Below are positions 19,951 through 29,239 of a stretch of DNA of 34,519 bases, piece by piece. How positions within the stretch are numbered: position 1 is the stretch's first letter; every line of letters starts with the position of its first letter. Under the pieces are notes generated by a model. The model had not been told where the DNA came from, ran no database searches, and saw only the letters and a list, made by a program, of their open reading frames with translations. Origin of the DNA: Nitrospinaceae bacterium (GTDB taxonomy: Bacteria; Nitrospinota; Nitrospinia; Nitrospinales; VA-1); assembly GCA_046754465.1 (NCBI GenBank), contig JBHHVU010000032.1, positions 1 through 34,519 of the forward strand. The letters are read 5' to 3'. The position numbers were made by a program, and so were the translations under genes.

Positions 19951-21063
19951 TCAATCCAGAATTTTTTCCGGGGGAACGTATTCCAGGTCCAGCGCCTCGG
20001 CAACCGCCTGGTGAGTGACATGCCCCTTGAAAACATTCAACCCCATTCTCAAGGCGGGGTTTTCCCGTAATGCCTTGCGGCATCCCTTTTCCGCCAGTTC
20101 CAGCGCGTAGGGGAAGGTGGCATTGGTCAACGCAAAGGTGGACGTGCGCGCGAGGGCGCCCGGCATATTGGCCACACAATAATGGATCACCCCTTCCTCC
20201 TTGTAAATGGGATCACTGTGAGTGGTGGGCCGGGAGGTTTCCAGGATGCCCCCCTGGTCGATTCCCACATCGACCACGACCGATCCGGGCTTCATCTGGG
20301 AAAGCATCTCGCGGGTGATCAGCCTGGGAGCTTTCGCCCCGGGGATGAGAACCGCTCCGATGACCAGGTCCGCCGTCCGCAGGGCTTCCATGATGTTCAA
20401 CCGATTGGACATGAGCGTTTTTAGCCGGGCTCCGTGGATGTCGTCCAGGTACCGTAACCGCGGAAGATTGATATCCAGGAGGGTCACGCTGGCTCCGGTT
20501 CCGATCGCCATTTTAGCCGCGTTGGAACCCACGATCCCTCCCCCAAGGATCACCACATTGCCGGGGTCGACACCTGGGACGCCTCCCAACAAAATACCCC
20601 GGCCCCCGTTTTCCCCCTCCAGGCATTTGGCTCCCTCGTGGATGGACATCCGCCCCGCGACTTCGCTCATGGGCACGAGCAGGGGAAGTGATTTGTCCGG
20701 AAGCTGAACGGTTTCATAAGCGATCCCGATGACCTTTTTTTCCAGCAAAACCAGGGTCAATTCCCTCGCGGGCGCCAAGTGAAGATAGGTATAAAGAATC
20801 AGCCCTTCCCGAAGAAATTTATATTCTTCCGGCAGGGGTTCCTTCACCTTCATGATCATTTCCGCACGGGCGTAAATCTCATCCCTTCCGGTGATTTGAG
20901 CTCCCTGCTCCGCGTATTGCTGGTTCAAAAGGCCGCTGCCGATCCCGGCGTTTTCCTCGACAAGCACCTCGTGGCCCCGGAACACAAGATCATGCACCCC
21001 CGCCGGGGTGAGGGACACCCGTCCCTCATTCTCTTTGATTTCCCTGGGAACGCCTATAATCAT
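19951..21063 (-). CDS. ald: Alanine dehydrogenase
   Basis: [51 protein letters not shown]. Confidence 0.96.
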   Translation of the reverse strand: MIIGVPREIKENEGRVSLTPAGVHDLVFRGHEVLVEENAGIGSGLLNQQYAEQGAQITGRDEIYARAEMIMKVKEPLPEEYKFLREGLILYTYLHLAPARELTLVLLEKKVIGIAYETVQLPDKSLPLLVPMSEVAGRMSIHEGAKCLEGENGGRGILLGGVPGVDPGNVVILGGGIVGSNAAKMAIGTGASVTLLDINLPRLRYLDDIHGARLKTLMSNRLNIMEALRTADLVIGAVLIPGAKAPRLITREMLSQMKPGSVVVDVGIDQGGILETSRPTTHSDPIYKEEGVIHYCVANMPGALARTSTFALTNATFPYALELAEKGCRKALRENPALRMGLNVFKGHVTHQAVAEALDLEYVPPEKILD

Positions 21064-21315
21064 ATAATTCCGTATTCCCCCGGCTCCTCCCGGAAACGAG
21101 ATACTTGTTGGGAAGGCTTTTCAATTTTCAGGAAATTTTCCTCCGGCCCGTGGCCGATCCGAAATCCTTTTTACATGATATCGGCCTGGATCACCACAAA
21201 CAATTTAATTGGACCGAACAAGCCGGGAAATTTGATCTTTTAACAAAAATCCTATAAATTAAAATCATCCGGCGGTATGGACGCGGCAAAGGAAAACTGA
21301 GGGGAGATCCTGCTT

Positions 21316-22128
21316 TTGGAAGAAGTTGCAAAATCCAGAATCGAGCAAATTGTCCGTTCCCGGCTGAGTTCCGGCGGTGAACTGCTAGACCTGGAGAACC
21401 AGGAAATCGGACCGGAAGAATTGAAGCTGATGGCCGAACAGGGGAACCTTTCATCGGTCAAACAACTTTATCTCAGCCATAACCAGCTTTCCGGCAAATC
21501 GATAGAAATTCTTTCCGAGTTAAAAGTCTTTTCCGCACTGGAATCCCTTTATCTCAACCACAACCACCTGGGGGACGAGGAAACACGCGTCCTCGTGCGG
21601 TCGGACCTGGTCAAGAATTTGAATTGCCTCATGCTGGAGGCGAACCAAATTGGCCCACGGGGAGCCAAGGCCATTGCCGACTCACCTCACCTGGAAAAAC
21701 TGGAGGTCCTGTTTCTGGACAGCAATCCCATAGGCCCCCTGGGGGCGGAAGCCCTCGCCCAATCGGCCCGGCTTCCCGGTCTGCGCGCCCTGCATCTCGA
21801 CAGCGCCGGCCTGGGTGACCCGGGATGCGAGGTGATTTCCCATTCGCCGAACCTGGCGAACCTGAATAAACTGTACTTATGCTCTAACAACATCGGCGAC
21901 ACGGGAGCCACCGCCCTGGCCCACTCTCCCCATCTTAAAAATCTAAAAGTACTCAGCCTTTGGAGAAATGAAATCCGGGATGAAGGCGGAAAAGCCATCG
22001 CGGAATCAAAAACCTTTTCCAACCTGGAAAGGCTCTATATGAGTTTGAATCTCATCGAACGCCCCGTAAGGAAAATCATCCGGAAATCGAATTTGGCGGC
22101 CAGGTTGAAAACCTTGGTCATGGATTGA
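21316..22128 (+). CDS. Leucine-rich repeat protein (ribonuclease-inhibitor-like, 28-residue repeats)
   Basis: About 8 repeats of LxxLxLxxNxIGxxGAxAIAxSxxL; TTG start behind a GAGGGGAG RBS. Confidence 0.88.
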   Translation: MEEVAKSRIEQIVRSRLSSGGELLDLENQEIGPEELKLMAEQGNLSSVKQLYLSHNQLSGKSIEILSELKVFSALESLYLNHNHLGDEETRVLVRSDLVKNLNCLMLEANQIGPRGAKAIADSPHLEKLEVLFLDSNPIGPLGAEALAQSARLPGLRALHLDSAGLGDPGCEVISHSPNLANLNKLYLCSNNIGDTGATALAHSPHLKNLKVLSLWRNEIRDEGGKAIAESKTFSNLERLYMSLNLIERPVRKIIRKSNLAARLKTLVMD

Positions 22129-22205
22129 TTCAGGACGTTCCGGCGGCGCAATGGACGGGCCCGGCCCAGGGAATACTATTTTTCCGCTTACCCTTCGGAG
22201 AAATC

Positions 22206-22319
22206 ATGGATTACAAGTTTACATACAACCGGCTGTTCAATGTGCTGTTCCACATTGGAGTCATCTTCAACGTTCTTCTGGTGATTTGGGTGTTTTTGGT
22301 GTTTTTCGAGGTCCTTTAG
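22206..22319 (+). CDS. Small single-pass membrane protein (37 aa)
   Basis: GGAG RBS at 22197-22200, ATG 22206, MDYKFTYNRLFNVLFHIGVIFNVLLVIWVFLVFFEVL. Confidence 0.6.
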   Translation: MDYKFTYNRLFNVLFHIGVIFNVLLVIWVFLVFFEVL

Positions 22320-22488
22320 GACCCCGCCGGGAGAAGAATAGGCCATGTCTCCAAGGCCCATCGGCGCCGATTCGCCTTATAATGGCGTATCCCCCTGGCC
22401 CGCGGCGGCCCGCCTTCCCCGCCTCGCGGAAGAGCATGGGTCAAAGCCCAATGGGCAATCGATCTTTATTGCCCCCATAACCGCGGAA

Positions 22489-23271
22489 TCAGATGAGTTC
22501 CACCGGAGTGGCGGCTTTGACCAAGGATTCCTTATTTTTCCACTCCAACTTTCCCGCTGAGATCAGAAAATCGCCCCGGGTATTGCGGAAGGGCCGCCAC
22601 TCGTAATCTATATACACCTCATTGGGCCGGAAACTCGCCTTGTACACGAGTGACTTGTTCGTGGAAATATAATACCCCAGATAAAAATATTGGTTCCCCT
22701 GTTTGCGTGAGAATTCCAGTTGTTTGAGAATGCTGAAAGTGCCCAGGCTCATTCGGGGATTGGGGACGGAATAAAACGTGTAAATGGCGGAAAAAGTCTT
22801 CCTCGTATGATCCCCAAGCGCCACGCCGATGAGTTCATCGTCCAGGTAATACTCGAACTCAATACCAAAAGGCGTGTTTACGTAAAACGAAAGCCGGAAA
22901 TTTTGTTCGTCCTCCACATCGTCCTGAAGCGATTGAAACCGCATTTTGTGATTCAGGTAGAGGCGGAATTTCTCATCGGAATAGCGCGGGGACCCGATCC
23001 TTATTTTCACGTCCCGGCAGGCGGAAAGCGCCCGCTTCTGGCTCCGCGTCAAATCAAACTCATTCGTCCGCACACGAATGGGAATGCATTGATAACACTC
23101 GTGACACCGGGGACGGAAAAAATAATCCCCGAAATGACGCATCCCATGAGCGAGAAGATAATCAAACTCCTCCTCCGAAACATCCTCGAGCAGGTACTCC
23201 TCGAACAAGGATAGACGGTCCTTGAAGTAACCGCACTGAAAGGATTTAGAGTCGATAAAGTGAGCCAACAT
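22489..23271 (-). CDS. Arginyl-tRNA-protein transferase-like (ATE/Bpt) N-degron enzyme
   Basis: CGYF, GMRHFGDYFFRPRCHECYQCIPIRV, SQKR, SAIYTFY, SLGTFSIL, YLGYYI, YKASFRP. Confidence 0.9.
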   Translation of the reverse strand: MLAHFIDSKSFQCGYFKDRLSLFEEYLLEDVSEEEFDYLLAHGMRHFGDYFFRPRCHECYQCIPIRVRTNEFDLTRSQKRALSACRDVKIRIGSPRYSDEKFRLYLNHKMRFQSLQDDVEDEQNFRLSFYVNTPFGIEFEYYLDDELIGVALGDHTRKTFSAIYTFYSVPNPRMSLGTFSILKQLEFSRKQGNQYFYLGYYISTNKSLVYKASFRPNEVYIDYEWRPFRNTRGDFLISAGKLEWKNKESLVKAATPVELI

Positions 23272-23570
23272 GAATTTAAATGGCGAATAAACCGATTCCG
23301 GAATCTCACCGGATTTCGAAACTTAGGAAATAATTATGGGCACTTGCAATTTTATTACATTTTTTTTTCAATTACACGTCAAAGGTGCTTTTCCCAAAAG
23401 AAACCCAACCGGGAATCTGGCACCTGGCCTCCGGCTTCCATTTTAACCGCCAAGGCCGTTGCATTGATAAAATTTTTGTGATTTACTGCGATTGCCGGAA
23501 GGCCCGGACAACAAAAATGGCTGTCTGTTTTTCCCCTGAAACCGATTTTCCGATTACCCCCTGGATTGGC

Positions 23571-24248
23571 TTGAAAGTTTCCATCATTATTCCAACGTTG
23601 AACGAAGGCCTCGTCCTGGAGAGGACCCTCATGGAAATCAGCCGGCATGCCCCCCATGAGTTGATTATCGCCGATGGGGGAAGCCGGGACGACACCTTGC
23701 ACATCGCCCGGAAATTCACAACCCGGATCATTCAAACTCCTCCTGAACGCGCGCGGCAAATGAACGCGGCCGCCTGGATTTCGACGGGGGATATCCTTCT
23801 TTTCCTCCACGCCGATAGCCGGGTCGATATCCACTGTTACCGAAAAATGATCGAGGTGATTCGGCAGGAAGACAAATTGGGAGGAGCCTTCAGCCTCGCC
23901 ATCGATTCAGAAAAAATGTCCCTGCGCCTGATCTCGGCCCTGGCCACCCTGCGGTCCAAATACCTCCATCTGGTTTACGGCGACCAGGCCATATTTGTCC
24001 GCACCCGCGTTTTCCAGGAGATGAGGGGATTTTCTTCCCTGCCCATTTGCGAGGATTTGGATTTTTTCCGTCGGCTCCGGGAAAGAGGGTCCATCGTGGT
24101 CCTCGATGAAAAAGCCCAGACCTCCGCAAGAAGATGGCTGGAGGAAGGCATCTGGTTCACCACCCTGCGAAATGCGGTGATCGCCACTCTCTTTTTGTTG
24201 GGCTTTTCCCCGCGTATTTTGAGCAAATGGTATCTGGCCATTCGGTAA
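23571..24248 (+). CDS. GT2 glycosyltransferase, TIGR04283-like
   Basis: VSIIIPTLNE, DGGSRDDT, RARQMNAAA, LLFLHADS, YGDQAIF, EDL, TSARRW. TTG 23571 preferred; start uncertain. Confidence 0.85.
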   Translation: MKVSIIIPTLNEGLVLERTLMEISRHAPHELIIADGGSRDDTLHIARKFTTRIIQTPPERARQMNAAAWISTGDILLFLHADSRVDIHCYRKMIEVIRQEDKLGGAFSLAIDSEKMSLRLISALATLRSKYLHLVYGDQAIFVRTRVFQEMRGFSSLPICEDLDFFRRLRERGSIVVLDEKAQTSARRWLEEGIWFTTLRNAVIATLFLLGFSPRILSKWYLAIR

Positions 24249-24308
24249 GAAGGGGTCTTAAATCAACAACCTATTGAAAAATCAATTTTTAGGTTAAATT
24301 TAAAATCC

Positions 24309-24337
24309 TTGAAACCCCCCGAATCTATTAATATAAT
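24309..24337 (+). promoter_or_regulatory. Putative sigma70 promoter of the Cys/His-rich redox operon
   Basis: TTGAAA (24309-24314), 17 nt, perfect TATAAT (24332-24337) in an AT-rich intergenic region. Confidence 0.6.
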
Positions 24338-24392
24338 TAGATCATATACAATCCAAATTTAACCAAAGCCTTGCTCTTTGGTCCAAAAAATT

Positions 24393-24863
24393 ATGGCAAA
24401 AAGAAAAGCCGGGAGAAAAAAAAACCCGCCCAAGGGCAAAAGCAAACTCGCCCCCCTCGTTTTTGGCTTGGTCATTGCCACGGTTTTAACCGGAGTTTAT
24501 TTCGCGACCAAACCCGCGGCGGATGTTCAGCCGGTCGCCCCGGCGACCGGATTTCTCATTGAAACCCGGCCCGTGCTGTCTTCCGCATTTTTTACCGGCA
24601 GGGTGGCGCAGGCCTATAAAATCGCCGCGGAAATTCCCAAAATCCTGGACAGCCAGTTCTGTTACTGCTATTGCAAAAAAGAAAAAGGCCACAAAACCCT
24701 GTTGACCTGCTACACCAACCGGCACGCTTCCAAATGCGATATCTGCCTGGGAGAAACTCTTTACGCCTATGAACTGTACAAACAAGGGCTCACGCTGGAT
24801 GAAATCGTGATCGCCGTGGAAAAGAAATTTTACCGCCCTATTCCTAACCGCCGAAACCTCTGA
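24393..24863 (+). CDS. PCYCGC/CYCxC-motif membrane-anchored protein
   Basis: Basic N-terminus, one TM helix, then AYKIAAEIP, FCYCYC, GHKTLLTCY, HASKCDIC. Confidence 0.8.
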   Translation: MAKRKAGRKKNPPKGKSKLAPLVFGLVIATVLTGVYFATKPAADVQPVAPATGFLIETRPVLSSAFFTGRVAQAYKIAAEIPKILDSQFCYCYCKKEKGHKTLLTCYTNRHASKCDICLGETLYAYELYKQGLTLDEIVIAVEKKFYRPIPNRRNL

Positions 24864-24879
24864 TATCCGATAAAAGATC

Positions 24880-25443
24880 ATGGAAAACGTTTTGGAAAAT
24901 AAACCCGTCAGCATTTATATTCCATACGCGCTTTTGGTGACCGCGCTTCTCTCCATTTATATCGTGACCCTCAACAAGGTCGACCTGGAACCTTTCAAGG
25001 TGGAATACCCCGCCGAAGCCTTCCTCGCACCGTCCTTTGAATTGCAATCAATTTCCGGGGGAACCATAAACCTGCGAGACTACCGGGGAAAAGTCGTCTT
25101 CATCAATTTTTGGGCCACCTGGTGCGGAACTTGTAAAGTGGAAATGCCCTCCATGGAAAAACTGTACCAACGTTTTAAAGACAGGGACTTCGAAATGCTG
25201 ACCATCAGCGTCGATAAGGATCCATCACAGATTGAGCCCTTCATGAAGCAGTTCGACCTGACCTTTCCGGTTTTGCTCGACCCGCAAAGCGAGGTGGCGA
25301 AAAAACAATACAAAACCACCGGCGTTCCAGAAACCTTCATCGTGAACAAACAGGGGATCATCGTTCACAAGGCCGTCGGCCCCAGAGACTGGGCCACCGA
25401 TGAAACCATGGAAGCTTTCGCGCAATTAATCACGGGATCCTGA
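24880..25443 (+). CDS. TlpA/ResA-like thiol-disulfide oxidoreductase
   Basis: N-terminal TM anchor, APSFEL, GKVVFINFWATWCGTCKVEMPS, GVPETF. Confidence 0.92.
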   Translation: MENVLENKPVSIYIPYALLVTALLSIYIVTLNKVDLEPFKVEYPAEAFLAPSFELQSISGGTINLRDYRGKVVFINFWATWCGTCKVEMPSMEKLYQRFKDRDFEMLTISVDKDPSQIEPFMKQFDLTFPVLLDPQSEVAKKQYKTTGVPETFIVNKQGIIVHKAVGPRDWATDETMEAFAQLITGS

Positions 25444-25444
25444 T

Positions 25445-25882
25445 ATGCCAAATCGATGGATCCTTCCCGTCTTCATGTTGTTTATTTTCCTTACGATTCC
25501 CGCCACCGGCGGCTTTGCTCATGGAGGCCGCAGCGATGAGGGGCACACAGCTCAAGAAGCCCCGCCCCCGGCCGGAAACGGTTCCATGTATGCCGCCGAA
25601 GAGGAGGATTCGGGAACCGAACTCGATAGCGGCGCCACCGGTTCTCCTTTCTCCCGGAAAGATATCTTCGCGGAAGAGGAATCCGAAAGTCCCGATACCG
25701 CGCCCATGGAAAACATGGAAGAGAAGGGATCAGGCCACGGCGGTCACCTGATGCCCCAAGTCAAACTGAGCCACCACGAAATGGTCTCCACGGACCGGAA
25801 AGGCTATGGTGTGGCGGCGTTGATCACCGTTCTTTCCGGACTGATATTCGGCATCCTGAGTTTCATACGGCCCAACGAATGA
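25445..25882 (+). CDS. Exported His/Met/acidic-rich protein with C-terminal TM anchor
   Basis: Signal peptide ending GFA-HGG, low-complexity acidic linker, GHGGHLMP...HHEM, C-terminal hydrophobic helix. Confidence 0.7.
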   Translation: MPNRWILPVFMLFIFLTIPATGGFAHGGRSDEGHTAQEAPPPAGNGSMYAAEEEDSGTELDSGATGSPFSRKDIFAEEESESPDTAPMENMEEKGSGHGGHLMPQVKLSHHEMVSTDRKGYGVAALITVLSGLIFGILSFIRPNE

Positions 25883-26010
25883 TCCGGTGAATTTCACCGG
25901 CGGTTTCCGGGGATGAGGTTCGCCGCCCTCACCCATCCTTGAAGACACGCAAGACCGGGCAGCCACGCGATTTGCGAATGATCTGAAATTCGGCTGAAAA
26001 GGAGATCACC

Positions 26011-27024
26011 ATGCCCAACGGCATTCTGGAAATCTTGAAAGACCGGTTGGGGATCCAGCTCCTGGATTACGATGTAGAGGAACACGCCAATTCCATCCCC
26101 TACTCGTTGGGAGGCATGACCATTACCGCCTTCACCGTCCTGGTCCTGAGCGGTATCCTTCTCGCCCAATTTTTTATTCCCGATCCCGAACGCGCCAACA
26201 CAAGCGTCCATTATCTGATGGACCAGGTTTATCTGGGCTGGTACTTGCGCGGAATTCATTTCTGGGCGGCGGAGGTGCTGACCGTGACCATGACCCTGCA
26301 CGTGGTCCGCGTCTTTTTTACCGGGTCTTACAAAAAACCCCGGGAGATCAATTGGCTCACCGGCGTGGGACTGCTGCTCCTGATGGTGACCATGCTTTTC
26401 ACGGGCACCGTGCTCAAATGGGACCAGGAAGCCTATGAGGCGTTGGACCACTTTCTCTGGGTCGCGGAAGGGATGGGAATCCTGGGGGTCCCACTCACCG
26501 AAAAATTCTCACCCGGCGTTCCCCTCCTCAGCCGCATCTACATGGCCCATATCTCCCTGCTGCCCCTGGTGATCCTGCCCGTTCTGGGTTTGCATCTGTT
26601 CTACATGAAATACCACAAAATCTCTCCCCGGCCCGAAAAGCCCGTGGGCGGCGGTGCCATAAAATTTACCCAGCATCTGGCCTACCTCAGGCGGACCGGA
26701 GCCGGCATTTTCCTGGTCATATGCCTGCTGGCGCTTTTGATCGCTCCCCCGCTGGGCGACCCGCCCGTGATCGGACTGGAAGTCACGAAACCCCCATGGC
26801 AGTTCGTGTGGCTTTACGCGTTGGAAAACTTGTGGGTGCCTTGGCTCGTCGTCGCCCCATTGATCCTCACTCTGTTCCTGGTGGCTGTTCCCTTTGTCGA
26901 CCGGAACAAGGAGATTTACTGGAAAAAGCGTCCCGTCGCCACCGGCCTCATGGCTTTTCTGATCGTCCTGATCGTGGGTCTGATCCTCTGGGGAAAATTC
27001 ACCACCATGACCCATTCCATGTGA
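26011..27024 (+). CDS. Cytochrome b/b6-family membrane protein (fused b6 plus subunit IV type)
   Basis: YSLGG; RGIHFW...[32 protein letters not shown]...GLHLFY (four heme His); [25 protein letters not shown]. Confidence 0.9.
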   Translation: MPNGILEILKDRLGIQLLDYDVEEHANSIPYSLGGMTITAFTVLVLSGILLAQFFIPDPERANTSVHYLMDQVYLGWYLRGIHFWAAEVLTVTMTLHVVRVFFTGSYKKPREINWLTGVGLLLLMVTMLFTGTVLKWDQEAYEALDHFLWVAEGMGILGVPLTEKFSPGVPLLSRIYMAHISLLPLVILPVLGLHLFYMKYHKISPRPEKPVGGGAIKFTQHLAYLRRTGAGIFLVICLLALLIAPPLGDPPVIGLEVTKPPWQFVWLYALENLWVPWLVVAPLILTLFLVAVPFVDRNKEIYWKKRPVATGLMAFLIVLIVGLILWGKFTTMTHSM

Positions 27025-27046
27025 CCCGGGTCTTAGGAGCCATACC

Positions 27047-27337
27047 ATGCCTTTCCCCCTGGTCCTTGAGATCCTGACCAAAAATGACTGTTGCCTGTGT
27101 GACGAAGCCAAGGCCACCGTGCAAGAAGTCCTCAAGGATTATCCCGGAAAACTGATAATAACCGACATCGAATCCGACCCCGAACTTTTCGAACGCTACA
27201 AGGAGAAGATCCCCGTCCTGCGGATCAATGGAGAGGACAGTTTCACCTTCAAGGTGCACCCCGTCACCCTGCACAAAAAACTCGCCCGCCTCCGCCAAAG
27301 GGGTCACAAAGGGATCGAGTCCTTTGCTGAGGAGTAG
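27047..27337 (+). CDS. Glutaredoxin-like protein (DUF836 type)
   Basis: TKNDCCLCDEAK, DIESDPELFERYKEKIPVL; AGGAG RBS. Confidence 0.85.
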   Translation: MPFPLVLEILTKNDCCLCDEAKATVQEVLKDYPGKLIITDIESDPELFERYKEKIPVLRINGEDSFTFKVHPVTLHKKLARLRQRGHKGIESFAEE

Positions 27338-27341
27338 AAAC

Positions 27342-27647
27342 ATGGTTGAGAAAATCGCTTTGAAGGACGAGGAACTGGAGCAGAAACTCAAGGAAATGGC
27401 TCCGGAATGGAAACCGAAAAAAAACGAGAAGGGCGTACCTTATATCGAACGGGTGAAACACGCGCATTCGTTCATGGAGGGAATCGATTTCGTGCGGCAG
27501 GTGGCGGAACTCGCGGAAGAAAATAATCACCATCCGGACATCTTTATTCAATACAAACGGATTTCTGTCCGGTACTGGACGCATACGGCAAGCGGCGTCA
27601 CCTTCGCGGATGTTCAAATGGCCCAAAAAGTCGATTCAATCTTCTAG
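27342..27647 (+). CDS. phhB: Pterin-4-alpha-carbinolamine dehydratase
   Basis: AEENNHHPDI and YWTHTASGVTFADVQMA; ATG 27342 behind GAGGAG. Confidence 0.88.
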   Translation: MVEKIALKDEELEQKLKEMAPEWKPKKNEKGVPYIERVKHAHSFMEGIDFVRQVAELAEENNHHPDIFIQYKRISVRYWTHTASGVTFADVQMAQKVDSIF

Positions 27648-27756
27648 GCGGAGTGCCTCCGGGGCAAATGGACATGCGTTATATGGCGAACCCAGATCGC
27701 TTGGCGGTTTAGACTGACCTATCTCCCTCCCGCGTGGCGAGGGCGGAGTGCCTCCG
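27647..27756. repeat. 15-bp direct repeat, each copy a mini-hairpin, 80 nt apart
   Basis: GGCGGAGTGCCTCCG at 27647-27661 and 27742-27756; CGGAG-TGC-CTCCG is self-complementary; lies between convergent genes. Confidence 0.7.
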
Positions 27757-27774
27757 CGGTCCTTCGTGGTTTCT

Positions 27775-29022
27775 TTACATGTTTGGAGGGATTTCTTCCC
27801 GAAGGATGTCGTCGAGGGTTTGCCGCCGCCGGGTCAGGAGGGCCTGGCCGCCATCCACCACCACTTCGGGGATCAGCGGCTGGGAGTTGTAATTTGAGGA
27901 CATGACGAACCCGTATCCCCCCGCTCCCCCCACGACGATGAGGTCACCGGCACGGGGCATGGGAAGCTTGCGCGGGATGGGTTCCTCGTTTTTCTGGGTC
28001 AGCACATCTCCCGATTCGCAAACCGGCCCCGCCACGATGATGTCCTGCTCCGGCCCCAGGTCGTCCCCCACGAACCAGATGGGATGGTACGACCCATAGG
28101 CCATGGGGCGAATCAAATGACAGAACCCGATATTGACCAGCACGTAATCCAGGCGGCGGTGGTTTTCATCGTAGGTGTGGTTGAGCGACCGGACCTCCCC
28201 CACCAGGTAGCCGCACCCGGCGACGAAACGCCGGCCCGGTTCGATCTCGCAGATGATTTTTCTGCCGAAGTGGTTCTCCAGAACCTGGACCCTTTCGGCC
28301 AGGATGCTCTGGTACCCCGAGACATCTTCCTGTGGAAGTTCGGGATGATACTGGTAAGGCAGCCCGCCGCCGAAGTTGATGGTATCCAGGCCGGGGAACT
28401 GTTTGGCGAATTCCACCAGCTTGCCGGTAATCCGCTTCAGGTGTTCCATATCTCCCCCGGACCCGATGTGCATGTGGACGCCGGAGATGACGAGATGGTA
28501 CTCGCGGGCGATTTTTTTGAGGTCGTCCAGGTTTTCGTGCCAGATGCCGTGTTTGCTGTAGGGGCCGCCGGTATTGGTTTTCCGGGAATGCCCGTGGCCC
28601 TCGCCCGGATTGATGCGGATGGAGATGCGGTTGGAGCCTTGCTGATAATTTATCAGGGCCTGGCCGTATTCCTCCACCATTCCCAGGGATCCACAATTAA
28701 CGTGAATATTGTTTTCCAGGCAATAGCGGACGTCGTCCCTGTTGAAAAACACGTCACTGGTGAACCAGATGTCCGCGGGCTTGAATCCCGCCCGCAAGGC
28801 CCTTTGCACCTCATAAACGCTCACGGCGTCGATTTTAATGCCGTGGCCGAGCATTTCCCGGAGTATCCGGATATTGGAGCAGGCTTTCATGGCGAAGCGG
28901 GTCACGGGCGCCAGTTGACGGATTTCTCGGATCGACCGCCTGAGAATTTCAAGGCTGTAGACATACACCGGGGTGCCAAATTCTCGAGCGATGTCCCGGA
29001 CATCCACTTTTTCGATTTTCAT
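27775..29022 (-). CDS. lysA: Diaminopimelate decarboxylase
   Basis: FGTPVYVY, FAMKACSN (PLP Lys), HMHIGSG, EPGRRFVA, GPVCESGD, MSSNYNS. Confidence 0.93.
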   Translation of the reverse strand: MKIEKVDVRDIAREFGTPVYVYSLEILRRSIREIRQLAPVTRFAMKACSNIRILREMLGHGIKIDAVSVYEVQRALRAGFKPADIWFTSDVFFNRDDVRYCLENNIHVNCGSLGMVEEYGQALINYQQGSNRISIRINPGEGHGHSRKTNTGGPYSKHGIWHENLDDLKKIAREYHLVISGVHMHIGSGGDMEHLKRITGKLVEFAKQFPGLDTINFGGGLPYQYHPELPQEDVSGYQSILAERVQVLENHFGRKIICEIEPGRRFVAGCGYLVGEVRSLNHTYDENHRRLDYVLVNIGFCHLIRPMAYGSYHPIWFVGDDLGPEQDIIVAGPVCESGDVLTQKNEEPIPRKLPMPRAGDLIVVGGAGGYGFVMSSNYNSQPLIPEVVVDGGQALLTRRRQTLDDILREEIPPNM

Positions 29023-29146
29023 TCTTTCTCCTGATTTAAACCCCTGAATTCATTTTATTTGATACCATAAACACGAGCGGGTTCCGCGGCATTTATAACA
29101 CAAACGGTGAAACCTGAATATTTCTTTTGGTTCGCTTTGTTTTTGT

Positions 29147-29174
29147 TTGACAATTACCGGGATTAGGATAATTT
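29147..29174 (+). promoter_or_regulatory. Putative speA promoter
   Basis: TTGACA (29147-29152), 16 nt, TAATTT (29169-29174); same GATAATTT context as the hrcA promoter. Confidence 0.4.
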
Positions 29175-29239
29175 ATTTCACCTACACAACGCAACCCGCC
29201 TGATTTCCGGGAAACCCTTTTAAGGCTGCCGAAAACGCG

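Noticed and set aside
23294..23305. 12-bp palindrome GATTCCGGAATC upstream of the ATE-like gene
   Set aside because: Single occurrence with no supporting promoter geometry; plausible by chance in 34 kb.
24393..27337. Selenoprotein recoding in the CYCxC, TlpA or glutaredoxin-like genes
   Set aside because: All motif positions are Cys codons and no in-frame TGA interrupts the domains.
27651..27659. CIRCE half-site (GAGTGC)
   Set aside because: No matching left arm 9 nt upstream, and it lies between convergent gene ends.
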